NCBI GenBank assembly: GCA_031835245.2
Contig: JAVKOQ020000021.1
Location: forward strand, 186,001 to 250,000
Reading direction: 5' to 3'
DNA from: Balamuthia mandrillaris
Taxonomy: Eukaryota
Length of the DNA stretch: 64,000 nt
In this document: piece after piece, positions 34,783-48,084 of the stretch
Layout: each line of letters starts with the position of its first letter
How positions within the stretch are numbered: position 1 is the stretch's first letter
The notes under the pieces: generated by a model
What the model was told of the DNA's origin: nothing
Databases searched by the model: none
The model's input: the letters and a program-made list of their open reading frames with translations, nothing else
Made by a program: the position numbers and the translations under genes

Positions 34783-36828
34783 TTATAACCGTACTAACAA
34801 CAGAGAATAAAGAGAAGATGCAGCAGAATCAACAGCCGAACTCTCTTCTCCATCTTCTGAAGTTGAAGAAGAAGAAGAATCCACAACGATCAGCCCACGT
34901 TCAAAGTCACATGTGACTGCCTCGTCTTCATCATAGTCTGCTTCATTCTTGAGGCAAACACGAGCGACCCAAGTGTGGGGCACGAGTCGCCCGATTCGAG
35001 CGCTGTTGAGGAAGAGGAAGTCGCCAGTGACTTGGGCGTTGTTGAACGGGATGGTTGTGTTTGGACGGAAGAATGCTGTCATTGCTGATAAAGGAGAGAG
35101 AGAAAGAGAGAAAGAAATAAATGAGCAAGAACGAAAGAAACAACAAGAACGAAAGAAACAAGAAAGAATGAAAGAAACGATACGAAGGAAAACATTATAC
35201 CATCAGCAGCTTCATAAGGCAGGCCAGCAATGTTATGCCAACAAGAGGGAGAATCGCAGTCGCTGGGGTCAAACTCGAAAATGGTGTTCGTTCTCAGCAT
35301 ATCATTGACGTTCGATCTGCCTCCGGCAACAAGAATGTGGCCGTTCACCACGACTGTTGCGGACTCTGCATGGGAGCGCGCAGAGGGAAGACTTTCTTCC
35401 TCGCCCCACGTTGCAGTTTCCGTAAGAAAGGAATCCATGGTAGTGAGGTCTATGGGATTCTCATCATGGCCGTGTTGCCCTCCGACACCGTACAGTTTGT
35501 TTTGAAGGAATACAGCCTTTGTATGTTTGTGTTAGGAAAGGTTTATATGAAGCGAAAGGGTGGAGGAGGGAGAAGAAGGGAGGAAGAAGAAATCCGGGAG
35601 AGAAGTTGAAGAAGAAGGAAGGGACGAAGCAGAACAAGAGGAATAACAGGCAGCAGCAACAGCAGAAGAAGAATAAGAACAAGAAGAACAAGAAGAAGAA
35701 AAAGAACAAGAAGAACAAGAAGAACATCAACAAGAAGAGAGGAGGAGGAGGAGGAGGAGGAGAAGAACAAGAAGAACAAGAAGAAGAGAAACCTGGAAAT
35801 GGTTTCGTGCGTCAAGAACAGGGTCTTCCGCTATGCTCCATGAACTTCAGAGGAGAATAAAGTTAAAATGGATAAAAAAAAGATGAAACATTGAAAGCAA
35901 GAAAGCAGAACGGACTCCTCTCCCCAACTAGATGCGTTGGAGACGTCTAGCACCAAATGGTCTTCAGAGTTGGTGTCCCGATCAGCCAAAAGGCCTCCAA
36001 AAAGATGAAGCTCTTGCTCGTTTGGATCGTAAGCCAAGGCGCTGGAAGCCACCTCCTGCCACACAGTAAGAAGAAGAGCACAAGAAGAAGAACGAGAACG
36101 AGGACGAGAACAAGAAGAAGAAGAAGAAGAAGAAGAAGAAGAAGAACAAGAACAAGAACAAGAACGGGAATGGGAACGAGAACAACAGGAAGCAGATCAA
36201 GAACAAGAAGAGCAATAGAGAGAGAGAGAGAGAGAGGAGAGCGCACAAAAGGCAAGGAAGGTCCCTCTTCCCAAACGCCTTCCTCAGCATCAAAACGCCA
36301 ACACTGTAAACCTCAACCATGGTTAACTCATGAGCAGAAAGAAAGAAACATAGAAAGAAGCAAAGAACCTGGTTGGTAGCGTTACCAGGATGGTTCCCCA
36401 CAAACCCTCCAGCGAACCAAAGGTACCTCTGCCCATCCGTCGCCCCTTGGCAATGCGAGATCGCCAGCGGACCCGGCGCCGCCACCTCCCAACCGTCCGT
36501 CTCCGGGTCGTATACGTCCAGCTTGTCGGAGACGAGCAACGTGCCGCCGCTTCGTTTCTCAAAGCCAGCGTACGTGTAAAGCCGACCTTGAATGACCCCG
36601 ACCGCTCCTTTTTGATCAAACCAAACAATGAAGAAGATGAACAAGAGATGGAAAAGAAAGAAGAAGGATACCTTCAATGTGAGGGCGTGGAGAAGGTTCT
36701 CGTTGGACCCATGCGCTCAAGATGTTGTGGTGCGGTGGAGCCGAGGAGGAGGAGGAGAGGGAGAGACAGGAAAGAAAGGTGATGCACAGCAGCGACCAAC
36801 ACCAACACCTCCATGATGGGGTTCTCAT
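34783..36828 (-). CDS. Secreted/surface Kelch-repeat protein, multi-exon
   Basis: Signal peptide; Kelch units LYTYAG..DVYDP..W, LWFAGG, LHLFGG, ILVAGG..FEFDP; 3' end approximate. Confidence 0.75.
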
Positions 36829-37273
36829 CCTGCTTCCTTTCTTTCTGGTGAATCCGCTAAATTAATGAAGAGACAATTACCGGTCTCTCTCTCTCTCTTC
36901 TCTTCTCTTCTCTTCAACTCATTCTCTTCTCCCTGGAAACCCGAGAGGGAGAGACTCACCTTAGAGGCATTGGTTAAAAGACCGTGAAAGACAGATGCAG
37001 AGTAATATATTAAAACCTATATTAGTGGGAGGCTGCCTGGTTTCCATTCATTTCAACTTTCCATATTTCACGACAGCATCTCTTGTCTCGTTGTTGTTGT
37101 TGTTGTTGTTGTCTTATGTTGTTTGTATGTTTGTTTTGCTCTTCTTTCGTCTTTTCTCTTTTTGTTTCTTCTTCTTTGCTTTCATTTTTTAACAAAAAAC
37201 CTTCACACAAACACAACAACATACCTTTCGCCACACAGCAACACTGCTCTCTGAACTATATAACAAATAGAGG

Positions 37274-39528
37274 ATGATGGACGGCTCTCCTGGTGCTTCT
37301 TCTTCTTCTTCCGCCTCTTCCGCTCCAACGGGCAGCTCCTCCATCAAGCTGCTCTCCTCCAGCCGCAAGGACGGCCTGAGTCTCCATCCCGCCGGCCTCG
37401 AGCTGATCTCCTCCCAAAGGAGCTCCGCCTGCCTGCTCGTTTCCATCGTCGGCGAGGCCCGCACCGGCAAGTCCTTCCTCCTCAACTGCCTGGCCCAGGA
37501 CGAGGCGGCCTTCAAGGTGGACAACAGGTCTACCTGCACGCTTGGTGTTGACGTCTATCCTCGCTTCCTCTCCATGGAGAAGCTCCTTGCAGCCCATCAC
37601 CTCAAGGACGAAAGACGCTCCTCCGCCAGAGTCGGGTTTCTGGACGTGGAAGGCACTGGCCACCACAGCGCTGAGTACGACGTGAAACTGGTGTTGCCTC
37701 CGCTGTTGGCCTCCGAGGTCATCATATATAACATCAAAGGGCAGGCTTTAAAGTCTAAGCTTTTGGTTCGTACCTGTTCTCTTCTAGTCGTCGTTCCCTC
37801 TTCTCTGCTTCTTCTGACTTGCATCAATCGCCAATCCAGAACCAGTTGGCGACTCTAAGCAAAGCGGCTTCCAAGATAGCAAAAGAAGAAGCGGGAGGTT
37901 CCAAGAGAAAAGGAGCTGAGGGAGAAGAACCTACCTTTGGCCATCTGCACCTCGTTTGCCGCGACTGGACCTTTGCCCTCTCTGCAAAAGAGATGGAAGA
38001 GATCTTGTGGGAGACGGAAGACCCCGACGCCGAGGACGAGGAAGAAGAGGAAGTCCTCCAGAGGAACCTTCTCCGTCAGAGGCTTCGAAAGAACTTTAGG
38101 AGCATCAGCATTCATCTGTTGCCGATCCCGACCGCTAACACGGAGATCATGAGCCAAACCTCCATCCCGTTCGGCAAAGTAGACACAGCTTTCGGCAAAG
38201 GAGTGAAGAAGCTGGCAGAGAGCATCTTCCAGCAGCTAGAGCAGAGCTCCAAAGAAAGACGGAGCTTCAACGGCTATCGCTTGGCAGCTCGCATCAGCTC
38301 CATCGCCCAACAGGTCAACCAGAACGGAAAGGTGAAGATAGGTGACCTCCTGACATACATGCAACAGGAGGAAGTTAGACAGGTGATGGCTCAGGCCCTA
38401 AAAAGCATGGAAGTGAGGGTGAAGGACGTGGAGAGCCTGTTGCCCCTTTCGATGGCAATGGTGCAGAAGACGATGGAAAATATGACGACAGAAATAGGAG
38501 ATGCTTATCAGAAGCAACTGGGAGAAGACATTCCAAGTACTATGAGGACGCAACATTGGGAAGGTAAGTTTTATTGTTACAAGTTTTCTTCAAACACACA
38601 AGAGAGAGAGAAGCAAAGAAATGAATGATAAAAAGGAACTTACTTGGGTGACTGCTGTGGAACAGAGGTGAAGCACAGGCTGAAGGAGCAACACAGCCGT
38701 TTGGAACAGCTCAACCAGTCCAAGATACAAGACTTTCGATCCTTGCTCTCGGAAAAAGAAGAAGGCGCACTCACCGCTTTGGAGTCTTATTGCAGCTCCT
38801 TCTCTTCAAAATCCGACGTGGAAGGCCATATCGGTTTTGCCAAATCACTCATGGACAAGCACCTGCAACAGCTCACCAAACAGGTGTCCACCGGCGCCGC
38901 CTTCCTGGAAGAAGGCTTTGGGAAGCAGTTACTCGAAAGGGTCCGCCACAAGATGAACGGCCTCCTCGAGAAGCACCAAGCAGAGCTGAAGAGCCAAGCA
39001 GAGGCCGCCATCGAAGCCGCCCATCTCAAGGTCTTGGAGGAGCTGGAGAAGGATTTTGGGTCCCTCCAATTCCAAAGCCTCCCTGAGATGGAGGCCAAGC
39101 ACGAAAAGATCTTCAACGCCGCCATGGCGCCCTTCCACCAGGTGGTGGACCGAAGCCGAGCCACTCTAAAGGGAATAGGCGTCCAGAGCTCCGTGCCTGC
39201 GCAGAGGACCTTGGCCATCATCTCTCGGGACAATCACCTCTTCCAGGAAAAGAAGCAGCACCTGGAGCAGAGCAAGAAGCTGGAGGAAGCCTTAGCCAAG
39301 GTCAAGGAGCTGGAGTCTCGTCCGGCTCGCAGGGTGGAGGTTCCCGTGTTCTTGCCTTCCTTTGGTGGCGGCTTTGGGTATGATGAACCGCCAGCAAGAA
39401 GAAGTAGCTATGGAGGAGGTGGCGGTGGGAGGAGATCTTCTTCTTCTTCTTCCAGCAAGACTTTTTATGCTGGTGGGCAGTTCGTTCCTGGGGGAGGCAG
39501 AGCCCCGAGAGGAGGCATGTGGAAGTGA
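37274..39528 (+). CDS. Guanylate-binding protein (GBP/atlastin-like GTPase) with a helical tail, 3 exons
   Basis: VSIVGEARTGKSFLLN (G1), CTLGV (G2), FLDVEG (G3), LVCRD (G4); coiled-coil-like C-terminal half. Confidence 0.85.
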
Positions 39529-39665
39529 ACCCTCTCTTTTAATTTGAATCATGTATTTGTAAGCTATGTACCCTTTGATAAGAGGAAAGAAACAAAGAGC
39601 GATGAGAGCAGAGAAGCAATAGACAGAAGACAGCAATAAATAACGATAACACAAACAAAGCTGTG

Positions 39666-41487
39666 TCATTGCTGATGCATCATGCGTTGCTGGAGGTTAC
39701 GTTGAAAGTCCACCATCCAGTTGGAAGCAGAGCGTTTGAACCGCAAGTAACCCTCACGAAGAGAGAGGGGAGCATAACGCATGATAACAGTATCCGTTTG
39801 GCTGGCAATTCGTTGCACGATGTCTCTTGTTGGGGCGTTGGTTTGATAGCGACTTGCCAAGAACTGAATGTAAAGCAAAAGAAGCAGAAAACCTTCACCA
39901 CTGTTTGTGACAAGAGGAGAAAAGTTAAGAGAGAAGCGGAGCAGAAGAAAGAAGAGAAAGAAGCAAAGAAGAGAAAGAGAAAGAGAAAGAGAAAGAGAAA
40001 GAGAAAGAGAAAGAGAAAGAGAAAGAGAAAGAGAAAGAGAAAGAGAAAGAGAAGAAGAGAGCGACGAAAGAGAAACGACGAAAGAGAAAGAGAAACGACG
40101 AAAGAGAAAGAAAGAAAGAGAGAGCAAAGAAAAGAGAATAAAGAAGAACAAGAGCTGACTACATACTCTGCGAAGAGATAGAAGATTAAGAAGGGAAGGA
40201 TAAGAACTTCGGTAAAGGCAGCCACGCGGAGAAGTTGCGGACCAACCAAGGTTAGATTTCTGGCTTGTTTCTCGATGAATGAAGCACTTCAATCACAACA
40301 AAAGGTCAATATCTCGTGTACATTTGAAATAAAATAATATCTAGAATAAAAGTACGTACAAAAGTAAGTCCCGGTTTTGAGGCATTACGTTTATCAAATA
40401 ATTGCTGAGGTTCAAAAGAGAGTAGATAGTTATCACCAGCGTCATCACTATGGTTGATAGCAAATAAGATGGTCAAATGTCGAAGGAGGGGGAAGAAGCA
40501 GAAGAAGGAGGAAACAAACGAAAAATGGGTCTTGGGTGGTAAGCAAAGATGAGACACAACAAAAGGTATCGACCACTGCTGTGTTGTGTGATGGTGTGGA
40601 GGTAGGACAATTGTAAACGTGGAAACTGCAAATAAACGTCCGACAAAAGGATCTTAGCTAAGAGAGATAAGGAGATATAGAGAAGGAGAGCAAGAGCAAG
40701 AGCAAGAGCAAGAGCAAGAGCAAGAGCAAGAGCAAGAGCAAGAGCAAGAGCAAGAGCAAGAGCAAGAGCAGAGTGGAAATATGAGAAAAGAAGCAACTCA
40801 CGCCAAAAGTGGAGTACAGGTCAATGGCATAAATGGCAGCAGCACAAAAAAAGACCCTATAATAACACCAAAGGCTCTGCCCAAACAGGAAGCCAACCAC
40901 ATTGCCCAACAGGATCACGTTCGTGATCAGCCACAGCGTGGAGAGGAACCTTTGCACGGTGGCCGAGAAGGCAGTGTCAGAGGCCGCTGGGTGCGTTGCC
41001 GTGAAAGTGGGAGTGGTGGGAGGAGTAGCAGCAGAAGCTGGAGAGGAAGGGTTCTGTGCGCCAGTGTTTGCTGCTCGTCGTTGTGAGAAAGAGGAAGCAG
41101 AAGCAGCAGAAGAAGCAGAAGCAGTGTGAGGTTGTGATTGAGAAGAAGAGGGAGAAGAAGAGGCTGTTTGCTTTGGCTCAGAAAAAGTTGGCGGAAAGAC
41201 CACAGAGTTGTCCTTTTTGTAAAACCAAAGAGGCAGTGAGTGAGGGAGAGAGAAGGAAAGATGAAAAAGAAAGAAACAGCAAAAAAAAAAAAAATCAAAG
41301 CGAGAAAGGTTGTGTGGCTACGTACCACGTTTCGAAGGTAATACTTGCGCTTGACTCTTTCGACAGCACTCTCGTGGTCGACGCCAGGCGGCACTTCGAT
41401 GTTCAGCACGTATTGCTGCCAAGCCGGGTCGTCCTCCCAACTGTACTCGAGGTAGGCTTGATAGCCAGCGTTTGGTGCCTTGCTCAT
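39666..41487 (-). CDS. TMEM33: TMEM33/Pom33-family membrane protein, multi-exon
   Basis: N-terminal YSWEDDPAWQQY..NIEVPP...KRKYY motif as in plant-type TMEM33; TM segments; LLYIQFLASRY near the C-terminus. Confidence 0.7.
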
Positions 41488-41911
41488 CTTTCTCCGTTTT
41501 TTTTTTAAATTTTTTTTTGTTGGTAAAAAAAAATTGTTAGCGTTTGATAATTTATCCAATTGAATTTCAAAAGGGTGTCGACGTAATTATAATTCAAAGC
41601 GATTGGTTCATGTCGCTTTCCTTTTCTCTAGATATCTGTCTGACACGAAATAAATTTCCAATTTTGGTTTTAGCGCGATAAAATAGGAAAAACCTTTCCT
41701 GTAGACGCTGGTGACACATTGCGTCGCAGCCAGCCCTTGATCAGGTATCACCCTATTGATCATGCTACCGCCCCTCCCTTTTAATCTCGTCTGACGGAGC
41801 CATGGATATCGGCGAAGAAACGTCCAACCCCCACTCCGGAGCAATCAAGCCCTTTCCCTGCAGCTTTACAGCAGAAAAACTGCAGCAAAGGATAAAAACA
41901 AAAAAGAGAAA

Positions 41912-42104
41912 ATGGAAAAGAAAGTGGCCGCACAGAAGAAGAGGCGAAGAAACGGGGCCGCTGCCGGGGTTCCGGCGAAGAAGGAGAAGGAGGAAGTAGC
42001 GCTGGCAGTAGCACTGGCAGTGGCACCAACAACCAGCCGAACATCCACAGCAGCTGTTGCTGGCTCGTCCATACCTCAGCACCACAGCAAAGAGGAAGAA
42101 ACTC

Positions 42105-42137
<33 letters not shown>

Positions 42138-42899
42138 AGAGGAAGAAAGCAAAGAGAGTGGAAGACGAAGAAGAAGAAGAAGAAGAAGAAGAGAAGGCGA
42201 AGGCTATAGCGCTGCGGAAAGCAAAGGGGAGTGAGGAGAATGACGAAGAAGTGAGCGAAGAGTGTGAAGAAGAAGAAGAAGAAGAAGAAAATGTGAACTT
42301 GGAAGAGGAGGATGAGGACAAATTATTAGCTGCTCTCTTTGCGAAGAAGAAAAAGAAGAACGCATCTGCGAGGACAAAAGAAGCAGAAAAAGAAGAAAGA
42401 CAAGAAGAGGAAGAGAAGGAGGAGGAACAGGACGGAGATGAGATCGACGCCATCTTTGCAATGGGAAAAAAGAAGAAAGCGGAGAAGAAACAACAGCAAA
42501 AGCAACAGCAGAGACAAAAACAGCAAAAGAAAGTTGCAGCTCCTCAAGATGAAGGTTTGCGTTGGTTTCATTGTTTGCTTTCTCGCTCCCTCTCCCGCTC
42601 CCTCTGCTCTCTGCTCTCTCTGCTCTCTCTGCTCTCTCTGCGCTCTCTGCTCTCTCTGCTCTCTCTGCTCTCTCTGCGCTCTCTGCTCGTCGCTGTCCTC
42701 TCGCCTCTACGTTTCTGCTTCTCTCTTCTCGTGACCACTTTCTTTTTCTTTTTGTTGTTTGTGCTCACGTCCCACTTTTCTGTTAGACTCTTGGTTCAAC
42801 AGCAGAGGAAGCAAACAGCCAGGAAGAAAGTATGTGGATGGACTGCCCGTCTACTCCGAGGAGGAACTGCGCATTGGCCGTGGTGGAGGTTTGTTTTTT

Positions 42900-42935
<36 letters not shown>

Positions 42936-43036
42936 CAAGCTGACACCGTTATATATCTGTCTCTTTGCTCTTTGGTTTCTCAAAAAAAACAAAAGATACA
43001 CCATTGTGTCCGTTCGATTGTCAATGTTGCTTCTAA
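41912..43036 (+). CDS. DUF1764 family protein
   Basis: EIDAIF, RKYVDGLPVYSEEELRIGRGG/DTPLCPFDCQCCF*. Confidence 0.9.
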
Positions 43037-43106
43037 AGCAGAAACAATGGAAGAACAAGCAGCAAGAGTAACCACAAAAAAAAAAAAAAAAATAATAACG
43101 TTCCTT

Positions 43107-43820
43107 TCAACGCACGTCCCCTTCTTCCTCCTCCACATCCACATCCACATCCACTTCCTCCTCCTCATCCTCCTCATCATCCACATCATCAATGAGCCGC
43201 CAGGACTTCTCTCCCGCCATCCGCTGGCTCCGGTTGAGCCGCCAAAAGTTGAGGTTGGCCACGGTCAAGTAGCTGACCCACAGGAGCCAGGGCGTCATAA
43301 CCGCGGCGGCCAGGGGCCTCGCCCTGTAAAACTCCCGCATGCACACCACCAGGTTCAGCCAGAGCAAGGCGCTGTCCGCCAGGGCCCAGCCGAGGCGATG
43401 CCAACGGAAGAAGAGCGGGTACCACGCCCAGCTGAGCAGCAGGTGCGTGGCATAGCAGCCCAAGGTGGTGAACAGGTTAAAGGGAGCGGTGCTGTGGTTC
43501 TGTGAAGGGGTGGGCAAAGAAGTGGAAGAAGGAAGGGAGAGAAGAGGGAGTACAAAGGAAGAAGTGGAGGAGGGGGAGGGGGAGGAGCGGCCGGCAGCCC
43601 GCCAGACGAGGAAGGAGGCGTAGCCCAAGGAGCTGTAGAGGAGGGCCAGGGAGGGGACGGTGGCCCAGCGAGGGGGGAAGGGCGTGTAGCGCGGCTTGTG
43701 GAGGCGACGGAACCAGTTCCTCACGCTCTTGCTGGTGAGGGTGAGGGAGAGCAGGCCGCCGAAGAGGGGGATGCCGATGGCGGTCGTCAACGCGAGGTAC
43801 TCCTTCACACGTTCCTTCAT
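43107..43820 (-). CDS. TSPO: TspO/MBR translocator protein (intronless)
   Basis: WFRRLHKP..PPRW...LYSSLGYASFLVW, LSWAWYPLFF, PWLLWVSYLTVAN. Confidence 0.9.
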   Translation of the reverse strand: MKERVKEYLALTTAIGIPLFGGLLSLTLTSKSVRNWFRRLHKPRYTPFPPRWATVPSLALLYSSLGYASFLVWRAAGRSSPSPSSTSSFVLPLLSLPSSTSLPTPSQNHSTAPFNLFTTLGCYATHLLLSWAWYPLFFRWHRLGWALADSALLWLNLVVCMREFYRARPLAAAVMTPWLLWVSYLTVANLNFWRLNRSQRMAGEKSWRLIDDVDDEEDEEEEVDVDVDVEEEEGDVR

Positions 43821-44124
43821 AACCGTTATTTGCTTTTTTTAATTGCTTTCTTTCTTTTTGTTATTTATTTTTTGTTTTGGGTTTTTATTATTATTATTAT
43901 TCATATTAGATCAGATCACTGTTCCCATCCACCAACAGTATTTCAAAAACGATCACTACCTTTGAATAAAGTACTACGTGACGACGTGGGTACTATCAGA
44001 TCAGATCGTTTTGCTTTATGCCCGATCTTCCAATCGAATTTCAGAAACAATTTATGACGACAATCCGGATATCAATGACGACGTGAGAGATTGCAAGAGA
44101 TTCGAAAAAATTGATTAGAAAACG

Positions 44125-46446
44125 ATGGAGACGGCTGATCGGTCATGGCGCAAATCAAACGACGAAGAGGAGGAGGAAGAGGATGAAAACAGTACAGAGG
44201 ATGAAGAGGAAGAGGAAGAGGAAGAAGACGAGGAAGGAGAGGACGAAGGGAATGCCAACCAAGAGCCTACCTTCCCGCTGCCCACATTTTATCAACCTCT
44301 CTCGACGGCTTCCATGTACGCCCCGCCGCCCCTGCAAGTGCCCTACGAGAGCTTTGGTTTCGTAGAGGTTGGGGAGAGCCCTCTCAAAGATGGGGTTTAC
44401 CACCTGAAACGTAGCGCCAGCACCGGTACGTTTTTTTTTTAAAAAATGACTTTTAATCTCTTTTACCGAGTGTTCTTCTCTTGTGTGCGTTTTTAAAAAA
44501 ATAAACAAAGTGGACTTGAGTGCCGAAGGCATTCTCAACCAACAACGCAACATGGAGCAACGTTTGGAGGAGCTCTGCACCGAACTGGCTCGGCTGAAGG
44601 AGCGCGTAGCGCTGTTGGAATTGCAGGAGGACCACCGCTGGCCGGTCAGGTATTCATTTTCTTCGTGTGGCCGTGCTGTCCTTTTGTTCTCGCTCTCTGT
44701 GTCACTCTCACTCTCTCACTCTCTCACACACACTCTCTCTTTCTCTCTCTCTTATTCGCTGCTTCTTCTTTCCCTCGTTCTCTTCTTTCTCGTTCATACT
44801 CCTCTGCTCGCTCTGAGCCTCTCTTCCTATCTCATCATTCTTCTCCGTTCGCTTCTTTGCTTTCTCCAACTTATATAAACAAAATGATCAGGTATTCCAA
44901 ACGCTTAGCGATGATAGCTAACGTGACTTTAGGAAGCTATCTCTTTTGGACACGATTCGTCAACTTTTTCAAGCAACGCCGCTCTCATATCCTTCAACTA
45001 CTTTCTGGAGCTGTTCGCCTCAATATCAATAGTTATTTACCGTTCTCTTCATCATCATCATCACCCTCCGCTTCCTCTTCCTCCTCTCCTGCTGCTTCTC
45101 TTCTGTCTTCCAGAAAGAAACACAAGCGACCTCTTTTCGGTCGCAATCGACTGATCCACCTCCTTCTTCCTCTTATCTTTTCGTCCTCCTCTTCTTCACT
45201 TGCCCCCAACAAAAATGCTGAAAGCGAAAGAACGAGAGCAAAGAACATCTTTAACGCTCTTTTGGGACAAGCAGCTTTGTTCGCTCTCAAAGGTAGTTGG
45301 GCGTACTTCTTTGGAGCGTATCTTCTCACCAGACATACCATGTGGAAACGTTACATGGGTCTCTTGATGACCACACTTTGTTCTTTGTGGCTGCAATATC
45401 TCTATTTAAAGAGCCACTTTCTTGCTTCTTCCCCCACTTCTCCGTCTGCTCTTCCAACTTCGCTTCTCGCCCCTTCTTCTGCAACAACACTTTCTGCATC
45501 TTCGTTGCCCTCTGCTTTCATACCCTCGCCCGATTCTTCGTTTGCTCCTTCTGTTCCTTCTTCTCCATCGTCTATTCCTGCTCCTCCTTCTGCGTTAATT
45601 CCCCCATCCTCATCTTCTCCCTCACTCTTATCACCAGAAACTTATTTGTGGAGTTCATCTTCTTCTTCAGTTTTCTTCAACCAGAAGAAGAAGTTTCAAC
45701 TTTGGGTGTTATCTTTGGCTGTATTATTAGCCAACTTACTTTTCTTTTCCATGTCGTTGAAGAATCTCCTTGACGGCCCAAGAGGACTCACTTCGAGCCA
45801 CGATCCATTCTACTCGTCCAAGAAAGTTCCCACTTTGTTTGGTCTTCTTCGTCGAAGTCGTCAACAGCAACCCACTACGTCTTCTTCTAGTGCTTCGCCG
45901 GCAACTCCTCCTATCGCTTCTGCTCCGCTTTCCTCTTCTGTGACCCCACTTTCACCTCTTCCTTCCTCATCCTCTCCTTCGTTGTCTGCTCGTCACCATC
46001 ACCATCATAGACGCGCTAGAACTATTGGAAGCTCTTTCGTCTTTCCTCCTCCTTCCTCTCCTTCTCATCTTTCTATTGATAACAATACCCAAAAGTTCGG
46101 TAGTGCCATGCAAAGACCTCCTCTTCATCCTTTGTCCTTGGATACATCTTCAACCGCTCCAGCTTCTGCATCTCCTTCCTCTCATCTTACTCATTCTCAT
46201 TCTGCTCCGCAATTGTTTCACTATCCCTATTCTTCCTCCTCTTCGTTTCCTTCGTCCAACACTTTGCTTTTTTCCTCCTCTTCTACCTCCATTCGTCCCA
46301 CAACTTATCTTCCTCCTCCTTCTCCTTCTTCCACTTCTTCATCATCATCATCATCATCATCTTTTCTTTCTCCCTCCACCCATCGTTATTCTCGTTCTCA
46401 CTCACAACAACGCAAAGATAAAGAAACGGAAGAAGAAGAACAATAA
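44125..46446 (+). CDS. Hypothetical membrane protein (acidic N-terminus, short coiled coil, TM segments, Ser/Pro-rich), 3 exons
   Basis: Exons joined by GT-AG introns; long open terminal exon; no family recognised. Confidence 0.6.
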
Positions 46447-46475
46447 CAATAAAAAACAAATTCTTCGTTTTACCT

Positions 46476-47287
46476 TTACCTCTTCTTTGGAACAGAAAAG
46501 ATGCCAACAAAGAACACTTCAGAGCCATCATCCAGGTGGGAAGTGTCCAAAAGGCCGTTCACCATCAACTGGCCAACAGCTCCTGCGAACTTACCCTCCC
46601 CGCCAACAATGTGGTAGGCCCCGTGAAGGCTTTTCAGGGTACCGCCTCCGCCAGGCAGGTCCATCGACTTGGCGGGTTCATCTTTGGGACTCCTTTGAGG
46701 ATTTTTTGTATTGCTTAGAGAGAGAAAAGAGAAAAGAGAAAAGAGAAAAGAGAAAAGAGAAAAGAGAAAAGAGAAAAGAGAAAAGAGAAAAGAGGAAAGA
46801 GAAAAGGGACACGGCGGGCTCAACTTGCAGTCCTTCTTGCTTACCTATAGTGCAACACATGCGCGCCGTGCTCTCCAAAGGTGATGTTGCCGACCTCCGT
46901 GAAAGCGTTGTTGGGGAGGTTGTAGACCAGGGCGTGGACGACCACGCCAGCGCCCTTGCCCTGCGGGTGGACCGCGAAGGCGATGTCGTCGGTGGAGGGG
47001 GAGACGGTGGTGGTGATGCTCTGGGAGGGGGCCTTGGCCTCGCAGATCAGGTTGGCGCCGGCCACGGAGGTGGCGTTGCACTTGGAGACGAAGCGGAGGG
47101 CGAAGCGGCCGATGAGGGTGTCGTCGTCGACCGGGTTGTGACTCACCAAAAGGTCCAAGCTGTTGCTGTTGTTGTCGGCGACGAGAGGAGAGGAGGAGGA
47201 GGCCAAAGCAAGAGGCGAGAGCGCAGCGCAAAGCAGCAGCGCCGAGAGGAAGACAACGAGGGAGAGGGAAAAAGAAGAACAAGCCAT
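46476..47287 (-). CDS. Secreted beta-barrel protein, dirigent/allene-oxide-cyclase-like, 2 exons
   Basis: Signal peptide; FTEVGNITFG and GAYHIVGGEGKFAGAVG resemble the IVGGTG.F..A.G motif. Confidence 0.5.
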
Positions 47288-47657
47288 GCCTGTTGTTTTG
47301 TTTGCACGCAGGAGTTTCTTCAAGAAAACAGGAAAGAAGAAAGAAATGAAAGCTGCGAGGGCACTATAACGAAAACTATCGATATTTTTCGACAATTAAA
47401 GTTGAAAAGTAACGCAAAATTTCAAATTTTTCCTCATTTTTGTTAAATTATTTCTAGGAAAATTTTAAAATTTAATTGGTGTCGACTCCGATTTTTGATT
47501 TTTGATTGGTCATATTTTTTTCACTGATGAATTTCGTACAAATTTCCCTGTTTACCCTTCCGTGACGACGTGAAAAATCAAGGTATTTATTTTTGGATCA
47601 ATGAAAATCCCTTCAAGCAAAAAAGCGTTACAGAAGAAAAGATAAACAGCCCACAAA

Positions 47658-48053
47658 ATGTCGTCCTTCTCGCCAGAGTTCGTTGCGTGGCCTTCCATCG
47701 GTGCCTTGAACACCGTCATTCGCGCTCGTGCCAAAGCTTCCTTATCTTCCTCTTCCGCTGCGTCTTCTTTCTCTTCCAGCGGTCGCCCTCGTGAAGAGGA
47801 CGAGGAAGACTGGGCCTCCGCTTGGCAAAGCCGCCTCACCGGAGCGAGCTTTAACTATCGCGCCAAGATTAAACTTCATGGAAGCAACGCCGCTGTGACT
47901 CTGTTTTCCGGCGGCTTTCGTGTGCAGAGTCGAACTAGGTTCTTGCTTCTTGTTCTTCTTCTTCTTCTTCTTCTTCTTCTTCTTCTTCTTCTTCTTCTTG
48001 TTCTGCTTCTTGTTCTTCTTCTTCTTGTTCTGCTTCTTGTTCTTCTTCTTGTT

Positions 48054-48084
<31 letters not shown>

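Noticed and set aside
40690..40770. (GCAAGA)n and similar perfect arrays as CRISPR or mobile elements
   Set aside because: Simple intronic microsatellites with no spacers, cas genes or transposase
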